Source: a virus. Taken from it: a stretch of 64,000 nucleotides of DNA. Below are positions 32,669-45,540 of this stretch, piece after piece; position 1 is the first letter of the stretch; the number at the start of each line of letters is the position of its first letter. The notes under the pieces were generated by a model. That model was not told the DNA's origin and did no database searches. It saw only the letters and a program-made list of their open reading frames with translations. The stretch lies in IMG/VR virus record IMGVR_UViG_3300045125_000085, positions 32,001 through 96,000 of that record; one strand, 5' to 3'. Made by a program: the position numbers and the translations under genes.

Positions 32669-34114
32669 ATCGCAGTCAAGACGGCTTAAATGAGGGAGAG
32701 CAGGTGACATAGCGTTTACCCCACCTTCACCCCGTATAGGAAACTCAGGAGCTACTACCTCAGTCTTTTCCCAGCTACTGTCTAATAAGTAGCGTACCTC
32801 AGTCCTCGCTGTCGCTTTGACATGTGGGTAACTCGGGTAGATGCTACCAAACCCAGTAACAGGATAACGCGTCACGTAGCCTGGTAAAGTCGGTGCTCGT
32901 TGAAAGACCGAGATATACAGTAACTCACAAAAGCTCACAGGACGTACATCAGCTCGATTACGCTCAGGTGGTAGTTCATCTATATCTTGGAATAACCTAA
33001 ACGTACCATCTGGCCCAGTATATAAAAGACCAAAATAGCCTTCAGGTAATTCGAGCACATTATGTCTAAGCTCTTCCTCACCAAAGCGATTCAAGACTTT
33101 CTGTAAGCCTTCGTTAGTCATCCACTCATCGTAGACATAACTAGCGACATCTACCCATTTCGGCTTTAAGGTCTTTTTATCGACTAAGACAGCCGGTGAG
33201 TTAGGTCCTTGAAACACTTGACTTAGAAAGCCATTCCTGATATCAAAGAAGACTATAGGTAAAGCACTCTTAAGAAACTGATAGAGTCCTATCACTGACT
33301 GATTAGGATCTAGCAATCTAGGTGAGTCTAAGCTATCGACTTTCTGGATCAGTGCGGTAGCTACATTACGCGTACTGTTAAAGATCTTGCGTGAAGCCCA
33401 CTTACCTAAGATCATTTTACCTTTGCCTTCCATCATCCCTCTAAAGTAATCGTAGATTTCTATAAAGGTCTCTTGCATCTGGTAGCGTACGACATCCATA
33501 GACTCAGGATTATTCTTCAAAGCAGCCGGATCTATCATACCGGCTAAGGAGATCATGCGTTTATATGGCTTATTGATCTCACCTTCTGAAGGTTTACCAT
33601 CTTCATCATACTCGTAGTCTCTTAAACCTGCCGGCAAGATGATTAGCTTATCGATCAGAGGTTGTTCCCTATACTTCTCCACTAGCTTAATGTTAAACTG
33701 TCTAAGTGGACTAGCTCTAGTCTCGAACACGAGCTCACCAAAATGCTCTAAGAAGAAAGTATAGCCTGTACGACCCTCCATAGGCGTAGACTTAATAAAG
33801 TCTCTATTCGTAGCATCCCAGAGAGCATAGCCTTTACCTGAAATAATATCTGCATACAGCTGCTTTAATTCCTTAATGGCTTTAAACAGTACGGGATGCA
33901 GTAGTCCTATATTTAAGCGTACGTAGGAGAAAGTACGGTTACGGCGCTCATCGCCGACTTTACCAAAGATCTCAGTGCTGAATAAGCCGTTAGCTCTATA
34001 GGTACGAGTAGACGGCTCGAAAGTATCGATCGTGGTGACTGGCGGGATACTGCGCACCATCTCCTCAGTCGGTATGAGGATATTGATATTAAAAGGTAGC
34101 ATGTTTACTGACAT
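32669..34114 (-). CDS. Virion RNA polymerase beta'-like subunit (phiKZ gp180-like), exon 1
   Basis: GLFSTEIFG, ILPAGLRD, KWASRKIFNSTRNV, TRYPV; ends ..HLSRLDCD at the intron. Confidence 0.9.
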
Positions 34115-34155
34115 AGTAGCCCTCAAATCGTTTGAATTATTTAGGAGTTTGTATC

Positions 34156-37100
34156 ATGGCAAAATCTAAAGAAGCTGAACTCGATGATTTCGATTTCGAC
34201 GACGAGCTAGACTTCGACTTTGACGGTCCTAGTGAACCCGGTGAAGATGTAGAGGAAGACTCTCGTAAGCCTATACAGAAGGCTTTTAAAGGTATCCCTC
34301 AGTGGGGCTAAGGACAGAATAGTCTCGACCGAATTTCTCGGTGAGGTGGTCAAAGGCGCTTTGCCGAAAGAATACAGTGAGTCCACTTTATGGGCTCGAC
34401 GGATCAGCCGTAGACCAAGTAGCTAAATTAGCCGGCACTACGACAGAGCTATACCATGACGCGGTCGCTAAGGTCAAGCCTGAGGCTAATCGCGTCTTTA
34501 ACCAGATGTATAAACTGGTACCTACCAGCCAAGTACGTGCACGTGGGTTCTTAGATAAAGTCCGGGGTGCAGTCGGTTTCGACGAAGAACAACAAAGACG
34601 TGCTGAAGTATCTGCCGAAGATCAAGAAATCAGCGATACCTTAGGCAAAATCTTTACTGCGCAAGCAGAGCAAGACTCACAAGAACGTGCTGAAGATCAA
34701 GCAGAAGGACTGATCCAAACAACGATCGAACAGCAACTGCTTTGAATCTGATTCACAGCGATTAGATGCTATCAATGGTAGCTTAGGTCGCTTAGTCGGT
34801 TACAACGATAGAATCAATGCGGCTTATCAAAAGAAGTCTTTAGAATTACAATACCGCTCGTACTTTGTACAAGCTGGTATGGCAAAAAAGATAGCCGAGT
34901 ATTTTGAAGTCTTTAAAGTCCAAGGCGATAGTATCGTCAAGAATACGGCTTTACCGGATTTCGTTAAGCAAAGGGAAAGTGAACGCTTTAAAGAGTTATC
35001 GCGCACTAAGTTTTACGATAAGATCCAGACAGGCTTATTCGGCAGTGGGAGCGGGATAGAACGTGGGATCGCTAAGATTAAAGGACTAATGAAGGAAAAC
35101 ATCGCTGACTTTGTATCAGGGATGAGTGATGCACGAGATGCCATGGGTGACATCTATGATGCCCAGGATATGCTAGGCAGTATGGACATGGGTGATGGTA
35201 AGAAGACCTCGGCGATGGATATGGCCATGGACATGGGTGTGGATATGGGCGCCGGCATGGTCGGTAAAGCTGGTGTCAATTCCTTAGGCCGCAAAGTCGC
35301 TGAAAAGATCCGTAACAAAATGACCGGCAATAATCCGCTATTAACGGATTTTGCTAAGAAGAGCATGAAGTACGGGACGGATATCCCGGCCAGCTTACGT
35401 GAACTAGCGCGTTCAGATGCCTTGAAAGTTTCTAGTGAGGAACTTAATGAAGGCGGTATCATGAACGCCATGAGACGGAATGGTAAGTATGGTCTTAAAA
35501 ACATCATTAGCTTATTTACCGATACCACTGATACAACTATCGATCAAGGCGAGGGCTTCACCGATCTGACTAAGCCAGCTATCTTTGATGTAGTCACTAA
35601 GCGCAGTATCGATAATATCATACCTGGCTACTTAGCACGTATTTTAAGAGAAGTCCAAGTATTCCGTACTGGTGATGAGACGATTTCTTTAACGGAGTTC
35701 GATCATGGCTCTAATCAGTTCATGGATCGTAAGAAGATAGTGCGCTCTATTAAGAAGCTCATGCAGCGTACGATAGCTGGTGATGATGTCAAGCGTCGCT
35801 TTACTGAGTTAGAGCAACAAATAGGTTTAGAGTCATTTTCACCAGAAGCACAAAAAGCTTTACGCACGATCATGTCGAATACGATTTCAGATCGTAATGC
35901 CGGCATCATCGATAGTAAGACTTTTATGGATGAAAAGCATTATCGCGATTTAGATCCTAATGTCGCTGAAGAGATACAGAGCTAAGTTAAAGCAACGCTA
36001 TGACTTAGGTGCAGAAGGCTATGAGGATGAAAACTACAAGCTCAATCAGAAAGCGACCTTAGCTCGTAAAGCATCTGCGTGGACCGCAAGGACATATGGA
36101 GCAGCTAGTCCGTCTCGGACGTAGAGACATATTAAAGGAGATGGGCTTACTGACTGAAGGCGGTGGCGGTTATGCTGCTGTCGTAGGTGAGTTAGAGAAA
36201 GTACCGCGTAAGTTTCGTAAGGAGTTTACGGAAGCAGCTAAGAAGATGCAGTCAGGCGATAGCATCTATGACTTAATCTCAGAGAAGACTAAGACCAAGA
36301 TACAGGAAGACCCTGGTAAGCTGTTTGAGATCATGCGAGATATCGACGCTAAGTTTGAAGGTAGCGGTAGACAGCTAGTAATGGATTATGAAGGTTATCA
36401 GCGCTTCTTAGCCAACCAGCTCTCCGGTGCTGAAGAAGATGACGGCAATGACACTGGCGTAGAAGCCTCTTCAGCCTCTGAAGTCATAGCTAGACGACCT
36501 ACTGCGATACCTACGCGTCGTCGTGTCGCACGTACACCAGGTGTACCGCGTACTGCTAGACGTACTGGACCGCGCACTGTCGCTCAGACTTCTGCACCCT
36601 TACCGACTGTCGCTGAGATATTACCGACCGATACCAGCCACACCTACGACCTTAGCATCGACAGCACCACCACCAGTAGTCATGGCAGAGGACGCGAGTG
36701 ATAAAATCGTCACTGCCTTAGACCCTATAGCTGGTAGCTTAGTAGAGATTAGAGACTTATTAAAAGCCCGACCTATGACATCGATAGGTGTCACAGGTGG
36801 GTGGACTATGCCGATCTATAGATGCATCTAACTTCAGCATAGGTAATCTGCAAAACGTAGCTAAACAACGCATGGATGAAGGTGTACAATATGCCAGCAA
36901 CTAGCAGAGCAACATGTACCTGAAGCAGTCAGATCGCAAGTCAGTGCTGGTATAGATCGCGTCCGCGATACTAACCTAGATAGCATCATGGAGGATTTAC
37001 AAGGCGTCATCGACCTGGTAGGAGAGATGACAGCTGGGGAGATGAAGCAGAACGCTAGTAACGCATATGAAAATGCTCGGTTTACATTAGTCGATAATGC

Positions 37101-40100
37101 TAGTAAGTCATACGAGCGCTTACCGGAAAATGTGCGTACTCGTTTAAACAATGTGTCGCAGACGGTAACGCAAACAGCGACTGACTTAGGTCAAAGAACA
37201 GTCGCTCAAGTCGAAGCCCATTTACCAGAGAATGTCAAAAAGCAGTTAGAGTCTTTACCAAGTGAAGTCAGGGCTCAGGTAGAATCTGCCTATAAACGAC
37301 TCAAGGAAGGTGAAAAGCTACAGAACTTAATTCCAGAAGAGACGAAGAAGCGGATCGAAGCACTGCCTACCGATATTCGTACTAAAGCCAATGAGATTAT
37401 TGGTAAGATACAGTCGACAGAGTCGGTCCATGACTGGGTAGCTCCGGAGACAATAGAGGAATGGAAAAATCTGCCCGGTCATTTACAAGAGCAGTTTTCA
37501 AAAATACCAGATGTGGTCAGTGCTAGATTAAGCTCTAATGCTGCAGAGCAGACCTGATCTTTTTGCCGACGGAAGCACTCCTGTCGGAGCGACAAGGCTG
37601 CCATCTATCAATCTGCCTAGAATACTCGCACCTACGGCTAGCTGGGTAGAATCGATACAGCAGCAAGTCGGCAATAAAATCCCTACAGCTATTAGGAAGT
37701 CTAACACCAAGCTCCAATGCTGCAGAGCAGACCGATCTTTTTGCCGACGGAAGCACTCCTGTCGGAGCGACAAGGCTGCCATCTATCAATCTGCCTAGAA
37801 TACTCGCACCTACGGCTAGCTGGGTAGAATCGATACAGCAGCAAGTCGGCAATAAAATCCCTACAGCTATTAGAAGTCTAACACTAAGCTTCTAATGCTG
37901 CAGAGCAGACCGATCTTTTTGCCGACGGAAGCACTCCTGTCGGAGCGACAAGGCTGCCATCTATCAATCTGCCTAGAATACTTCGCACCTACGGCTAGCT
38001 GGGTAGAATCGATACAGCAGCAAGTCGGCAATAAAATCCCTACAGCTATTAGAAGTCTAACACCAAGCTCTAATGCTGCAGAGCAGACCGATCTTTTGCC
38101 GACGGAAGCACTCCTGTCGGAGCGACAAGGCTGCCATCTATCAATCTGCCTAGAATACTCGCACCTACGGCTAGCTGGGTAGAATCGATACAGCAGCAAG
38201 TCGGCAATAAAATCCCTACAGCTATTAGAAGTCTAACACCAAGCTCTAATGCTGCAGAGCAGACCGATCTTTTTGCTGACGGAAGCACTCCTGTCGGAGC
38301 GACAAGGCTGCCATCTATCAATCTGCCTAGAATACTTCGCACCTACGGCTAGCTGGGTAGAATCGATACAGCAGCAAGTCGGCAACAAAATCCCTACAGC
38401 TATTAGAAGTCTAACACCAAGCTCTAATGCTGCAGAGCAGACCGATCTTTTGCCGACGGAAGCACTCCCTGTCGGAGCGACAAGGCTGCCATCTATCAAT
38501 CTGCCTAGAATACTCGCACCTACGGCTAGCTGGGTAGAATCGATACAGCAGCAAGTCGGCAATAAAATCCCTACAGCTATTAGAAGTCTAACACCAAGCT
38601 CTAATGCTGCAGAGCAGACCGATCTTTTTGCCGACGGAAGCACTCCTGTCGGAGCGACAAGGCTGCCATCTATCAATCTGCCTAGAATACTCGCACCTAC
38701 GGCTAGCTGGGTAGAATCGATACAGCAGCAAGTCGGCAATAAAATCCCTACAGCTATTAGAAGTCTAACACCAAGCTCTAATGCTGCAGAGCAGACCGAT
38801 CTTTTTGCCGAATCCTCTTCTGAAACACAGATACCACCAACTAGTTTAATAAACCGACTTAAGTCTATTAAGCTTAACGGATTGATCTGTGCCTTTATTG
38901 AGCACTATGGCTACAGGTGCAAGTGCAGTTTCAGGCATACCTATCGGTTTAATGTCTCAACTGTTAGGTTCTTTTAAGAACCTTCAGTCTCATCGACCAC
39001 CTCCTCTTCTGAGCACAGTCATCTGCCGCATCGCCAGAGATTAGCGGTACTGAGCAAGGTTTGTTTAAAGCATGGCGTGATAAATTAGCGTTTGATAAAT
39101 TAAAAGAACTCAAGCCTAATATTGTGCTACATCTAAAATAAATTGGTCCAAAGGTGTCGGACAGGGTGATGCTGGTGCCGACGACGCCAGTGAAGACCAA
39201 TTGGCTGATCCACTCCATGCAACCTACACCGGCTCCACCGGTCCAAGAGAGAGAAGCCAAGAGCGATTAAGCGTGTATTAAAGACTACGCGAGGTATTGA
39301 TAGAGGTTATCGAAACTTAGCTGGTAAAGCGATCATGGGTGCTCCTGGTTTTGCACTCAAAACTTTAGGTAATACGTATAAGTACGGAGGTAAAGCTTTA
39401 CTAGGACTCGGTGAATTTGGCGCTATGTTCGCTAGTGAAGCGATTAAAGGCCATTTAGGTATACCGGATAGTCCAGCACTTATGATGACTACGATGCCTA
39501 GACGAGGCTGGATCGCCAAATACTCAACCACAGGAAGCTACCGAAGGTCAAGCTACCGAAACTACTAATAAGCCTAAGGATGGTATCTGGAACCGTGCTG
39601 TAAAGAAGATGGCGGATACTGTAGGTAAAGGTAAGGAGATACCTACTGCTACTGTTACCGATGTATTGAAACGCTTAACTGCTGAAAGAGCACTCAATGA
39701 AGATAATCAAGATCCTGCTCAGACTCAACGCCATTTATCGCAGTTGCAGACTTTAGAGTTTGTTAACACTGCTTTCAGCAAAGAAAAAGAGGCGATAGTG
39801 AAGGTCAAGCTACCGAAGGTCAAGCTACCGAAGGTGAGGAAAAGAAGACAGCTTACAATGATACAGATCATAGCGGGGAGCGAGATGGTAGCTGGAAGGA
39901 TAGGATCAAAGACTCGATGCGCGTGGCTTTAAAGGTGAGATGCCTAAAGAAGCTGAGGTCAAATATAAGCCTGATAAGAACGTCATTGACTTAATGGCTA
40001 AGAAAGCAAAAGAGGTAATGGATAAACTCAAAGGTAATGCCGATAGCGTCAAGGAAGGATTAGAAGATGCTGCTGAAGATCTGCTCGATAGCGATAATGA

Positions 40101-43100
40101 AGGGCGAGACGGTAAGAAACAGGGTAAGGGGTAAGAGCAATAAACCGATGACGAAAAAGGAGCGATTACGTCGAGGTATTAGAAGCGTCTTAGATAAGAC
40201 TAGAGCTGTAGATCGTGGTTATCGTCGCGTGGTCGGCGGCGCTATTCGTAAAGGGTGCTAAGCTTGGAGCAAAGAAGCTTACTGGAGTGTACACAAAATG
40301 GGTGGAAAGGCGATATGGAACATAGGTAAAACAGCTGTACTGGGAGGGTTAAGCAGTCTAGGAGGATTAGCTATGAAAGGCATCGGTGCTGCTGGAAATA
40401 TCGCAAGAGCAGGATCAGCTATTTATGCCGCAGGCGGTATGAGTGGATTACTGGCAGCAGCAGGCAGCATGATGCTTACACCGGTAGGATTAATTGCCGG
40501 AGTAGGTGCTTTAGGTTACGGTCTTTACAAAGCGTATAAATGGTGGAACTGTAATAAAGCTTCCGTTTACACCAATTTACGTTTACGTCAATATGGCTTA
40601 ACTGAAGCCGATAGTGATAAGAACCATTTCATCTTTGAGCTAGAAGAATACCTGATGAAAGAAGCCGTAGGCTATCACACGAAGGTATTCCTTACTTAAT
40701 GGAAAGAAAGCTCGAACCTGAGAAAGTACTCGAAATCTTCGATATCGACCCAGAAGACGAAGAGCGCATGAATGGTTTCATGACGTGGTTTAACGGACGC
40801 TTTAAGCCTATATTCTTATCTCACTTAGCGGCCTTGTTTAAAGTCGACCGTAAAGCTAACTTGCACGAAATCGACGATATCAAGACAGAAGCCTTAGTCC
40901 AGTATATCAATGCTGTCGCTACGCCTAACGGACCTTATGATATTATTGCTTCACCGTTTGAAGATCCTGAAGAATTAACAGCAGGTGTTCAAGATGTAGA
41001 AGCAGCTATTGATCTAGCTAAGTTAGAGTTAAGTAAAGCCAATAAGAACGCTAAAGGTAAAAGTGATGCATTACCAGGCATCGCTGCTGTCAGTCAGACT
41101 ACGCAGTCTTTAGAAAAGAAAGCCGAAGCAGAACATACTGCTAGACCTTCTACGAGTATTGGTAGAGCAGTAGATGCTGCTAAGCCAGAAAGCAAAGGCA
41201 TCGTGCAGAATATCCTAGGCAAGATCCCGTCACTATTATTAGAGGCAGGTACCGCTATCAGCGATTATGCTCGATCCTGTTAAAAAACTCATGACTAAGT
41301 TCAGCACGAACTTAATCCATAAGTTTGCAGGATTTGCTACTGCTTTGAAGCAGGCGGTTTTAAACCTACGGTTTAGTTACTGTAGATATTCATAAAGCCG
41401 GTATCTTGCGTAAGCTAGAGAAAGGTTTATATAAGTATCTAACGGTCGATAAGGATGTAAGAGCTACATTTGAAGGCGATGTATCTGAGATTCTAAAGGA
41501 GTACGGCAGTGATTTTAGGTGTCAGTTGGAGGTCGAAAGTGAACAAGCCCCGATTTGGATACGCTGGTTTAGATTACGGTTCTTACCGGCATATTTAGAG
41601 TATGTAGGACTTAGCGACCGCAGGCGGTAGGTAAGACGTGAACCTGATGAGTTAGAAGATAACCTCAAGGAGAATGCGTAAGTACAATATCGCCTCAAGC
41701 TATCGTAGGCTTAGCCGGATGTCTGGAAAGTAGAAGAAGCCCCATGGCCTGAATACTAAAGTCCGGCCTCGATCCTAAAGCTCTGTGATGAGAATCTTAA
41801 CTTCTTGCAAGATACGCGTTAAGGAAGAGCAAATCAAGGAAGAGAAAGCCAAGAAGCCTAAAGATGAGCAGATCAACGCAGGCATTAAACCACCGGAAAA
41901 TAAGCAAGCCGAGTTTACGCCTGGTTTAGGTAGACCTAATGATCCAGCCAGACCAGGTGAGCAGCTGAATCTTGATAGTGAGGCTGAGACGTCTAAAGGT
42001 TTGAATATAAAACAGATGGAGGGACAACAGGAGTCACAGGCACGTAGCAGCGCTAGTCCTTCTGGCATCGTTATGGATCAATCACCGTTAGCATCAGGAC
42101 AAGGTGGAGATGCCTTTATCAGCTTAGATGGTAACAGCTATATCGACGGTATGCATCCTTCATTCATGTCTAACTTTAGACGGATGGCTGAGGAGTACGG
42201 CAGTAAGACTGGTAAGAAGATCCATGTGACATCGGCCTTTAGATCAAAGGCCCATCAGAGATGTTGCACCGTAAGGATCCAGCAAAAACCGCTAGGCCCG
42301 GTAGATCTCTGCATGAGAAAGGATTAGCCATGGATATCTCGCCTAAGGATGCGAATGAGTTAGAGTCTTTAGGCTTGATGCGTAAATATGGTTTTACTCG
42401 TCCTGTAGGTAGTGAGGATTGGCATATCGAACCCGCAGGGATACAGGTAAATATCGAACGTGCTAAAGCAGATCCTAACTTTGCTGGTAAGATGATCGAT
42501 GCCTCTATAGGTGAGAGGGTGGTGGACTAGGTACAGATAAGAGCGTCAAGAAAGTCACGCGTGATTCTAAGCTAGCCTTAGCCTTACTCGGTGATATTTC
42601 AGTCAAGGATCCTAAGCCAGCTCTAGCATTAGCGCCACCGACACCTAACATGCCTACTGGTCAAGCTGGTGCTGATAGTCAGGGTGGTGGTGCAGGTGGT
42701 CAGGGAGGTTATGCCGGTAGCATAGGTGGTGGAATGACACCTGTCGGCTATAGTCCTGGAGGAGATGGAAATCAAGGCGGTTATGCAGGAGGCGGTGGAC
42801 TTACCTTACAGACACGGAGTTTTGGTGCCTTAGGTGGTGGTGGGTACGGCGGTAGTCTCGCCAGCAGCGCAGCAGGAGGTGTAGCGCCTAGTAGTACAGG
42901 AGGCCCTACCGGAGGTCCTACCGGAGGTCAAGGCTGGATGAACCAAACTGCCACTGGAGCCGACGGTGAAAAGCCTACATTGCCATCCAGCAACATTCCG
43001 AAGATGCTCACAGACTGACACGCGTCAGACTTAGGCAAGCATGCGAAATCCTTAAGATCATTGAGGACCTATGGCGTCAAAGGCAAGTAGGTGTAGCATC

Positions 43101-45470
43101 TCTAAATGCAGACTGCTGGAATAGATCTATCGCATCTGCATCCAGGACTACTGCTAGACTTGAATCCTAATGGCAGGAGCACTGCGGTACGTCAGACAGT
43201 AAAGGCTTGTTCCATATTACGTTGACAGGTACTTGGCGTGAACAGCTGAATAAGTTTGCATCGCAAGTATCCGATGAGCTTACAGCCTGGGTCATCTCCT
43301 TACGATCCTAAAGCTAGCACGATCTTAGCTGGTGGATGCATCTGAACGCAAAACTTCAACATGAGTTAAGAACTTAGTACCTAAGCTTGGTCCGGTTGAA
43401 GCTTACATGACTCACTTACTCGGTGGCGGCAGGTGCTAAACGATTCTTTAGCGCCCCACCAAGTGACACCAGCTGCAGCAGTATTGCCAAACGCAGCGGC
43501 TGCAAAGCTAAGGACGACTTTATTTCGCCGGAAATATGATACAATCCTCTGATCGGGCATGCTGGCAGTGGATACGGTACTGTTAAGGACGTATCAAAAA
43601 CATGCTGGCTAAGAAAGCCAGCTAGTTTTGGTCATTACCTAGGCCATAGTACCACGAATGTTGGTCAAGATATGGTCACAACCGCTGAAAGGATGAAGGA
43701 TCTAACGGAGCTGATCCGACGAAGGCAGCTGGTGCTACAGGTAGTGAGTCAAGTGGTCAGGGATGGTATGGCTGCTACTAGTAGTGGCCAAGGTGGTGGG
43801 GTCTGAACCAGGTACGATGCCTAGTAGGTTGTCAGCACTGGTAGCGGATGCGGGAGTCGAAGTGGGTATGGTGGCGGAGTAGCGAGTAGTTCTGACTAGT
43901 GCAGTAAGTACTAGGCTCAGGTAGTGGTATGGATCGTAGCGTCGCAGGCAGTGCCGGTGGTGATCCCGGAGTTCCTACGCGGAGGTCCTAGCCGGAGGTC
44001 AAGGCTGGATGAACCAAACTGCCGCTGGAGCCGACGGTGAGAAGCCTGTAGCTACACCACACGTATCCGTTCGAAACCTATACCTCCTGGCAAGCAAGGT
44101 ATATTTGAAGGCCATCGAGGAAGGCCTCTAAAGAAGTCGGAGTCGATCCTAGACATGATGAGAAGTGATTGGCTAGCATCAGGAATCTAGTCTGAGAGCG
44201 GATGCAGGTGCTCACGATAGCAATGCACAAGGTTTATTTCAGTTTATGCCTAAAACTTGGAGGTATCAGATCAATAAACTGTTGGAAAAGGGCAAGTATG
44301 AAGAAATCACATCCGGAGCATCTCCATTTGATCCTAAAGCATCCACTATCATGGCTGCCGAATATCTTAAGGAAAACTTTACAGCCGGTATTAAAAATCT
44401 AGTGCCTAAAATAGGTTTGGTAGATAGCTATCTGATCGCACTTCTTAGGCCCATGGAGATTTAGAAGATTTCTTAGAGCAAATCCAAATCAGTCACTGTA
44501 GCTACTGTGGGTATTTCTAGTGGCGTAATTCAGAATAGGACAAATAAGCCATTATTTGCTCCAAATGGTGTACCGACTACGGTAGCAGGTGTTTACGAGA
44601 ATGTAAAGAATAAGTTGACGAAGACTGCAGCTGCCTTTGGTTTGAAAATGCCCGATGAGAATAAATCACCGGATGCAATGGCTAGTGCCGATGATCCGTC
44701 AAAAGGACTGAGCATGATGGTAGAGAAAAAGCCATCGGATCAGATCGCAGGCTATATCAATGGTAAAGCGATACCGTCACAGGAAGCAGGTTCGGCCGCG
44801 ACACCGTCTACACCGCTGACTAGTCCTACAGCTAGTACAGCTACAGCGACTAATGAGTCTAGTCTTGGCTCTGCTCAAGGGACGCAAACCAAGAACGACG
44901 GTATGACTAAGGTAGACTTTCCTAGAAGGCTATCGGATAGTCCGCCTGAACCTTCCACACCACCACCGACACCGCTAGCACCAGCTGCCTCTTCACCGAC
45001 CCAGCAATTGGGTCAGGCACCTGCCGGTTATTCGGAAAGTGTCAGCACGCCTACGCAGCAATATGCTGCTCAAGCTACTGCACTCAATCCGAATGCGACA
45101 GCTAATGCAGCATTACCTGGTCTAGTACCGATGCAGGATAAACGCGATCTAATCGCTCCTGCCGCTATGGTGATGCAGGCTAATGCTCCATTAGTGCCTA
45201 GCTTTAATATGGCGACCCTAGGAGAAGGCATACATAGCGTCGACGATACTTTAAAGTCCTCACTGAAGATCCAGCAAGAGACTTTAGATGTATTGAAGAC
45301 ATTAGCTGCTAGTCTGAGTCCTGAGCAATTACAAATGTTGCTTAAAGGCTTAGCACCGACACCATGCTCCAGACACGACCCCTGCTCCGAGTACTAATAC
45401 TCCGAGCACCACGGCAGCTAAACGCGACATTCCAGCCAGTGCTATTAATCTTAATCGCACTATGGCATAA
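34156..45470 (+). CDS. Giant tail / tape-measure-like protein with peptidoglycan hydrolase domains (phiKZ gp181-like), many indels
   Basis: MAKSKEAELDDFDF start; IVKNTALPDFVK, IIPGYLARIL, LRLRQYG, WFRLRFLPAYL; C-terminal M15 and SLT domains; divergent from gp180-like gene. Confidence 0.75.
37530..38810 (+). repeat. Tandem array of 7 full plus 1 partial 177-bp units (59 aa)
   Basis: Units start near 37530, 37709, 37887, 38065, 38241, 38419, 38596, 38773; unit encodes SSNAAEQTDLFADGSTPVGATRLPSINLPRILAPTASWVESIQQQVGNKIPTAIRSLTP. Confidence 0.95.
42130..42440 (+). other. Peptidase M15-type zinc domain within the tail protein
   Basis: VTSAFRS...ARPGRSLHEKGLAMDIS...EDWHIE (SxHxxGxAxD and WH). Confidence 0.85.
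42900..44640 (+). repeat. Internal duplication giving two linker+SLT modules
   Basis: GGAGGTCAAGGCTGGATGAACCAAACTGCC(A/G)CTGGAGCCGACGGTGA near 42923 and 43994; each followed by GLF..TW, SP(Y/F)DPKASTI, LVPK(L/I)G..Y..H. Confidence 0.75.
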
Positions 45471-45474
45471 AAGG

Positions 45475-45513
45475 TGGCTGAGAGAGCCCTTCTAAGGCTC
45501 TCTCAGCCTTTTT
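45475..45513. terminator. Hairpin terminator
   Basis: GGCTGAGAGAGCC..GGCTCTCTCAGCC followed by TTTTT. Confidence 0.85.
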
Positions 45514-45540
45514 ATACTCATACCCACTACAGTGATAGCC

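Noticed and set aside
37528-38739. Cys-rich minus-strand ORFs (PTCCCIDS...)
   Set aside because: Antisense shadows of the coding tandem repeat.
37530-38810. CRISPR array or repeat-spacer system
   Set aside because: Whole 177-bp units repeat with no unique spacers, and no cas genes are present.
43020-44200. ORF-free gap as ncRNA or non-coding island
   Set aside because: Fragments translate to SLT motifs and Gly-rich linker; the gap reflects high local error density. The same applies to 46200-47200.
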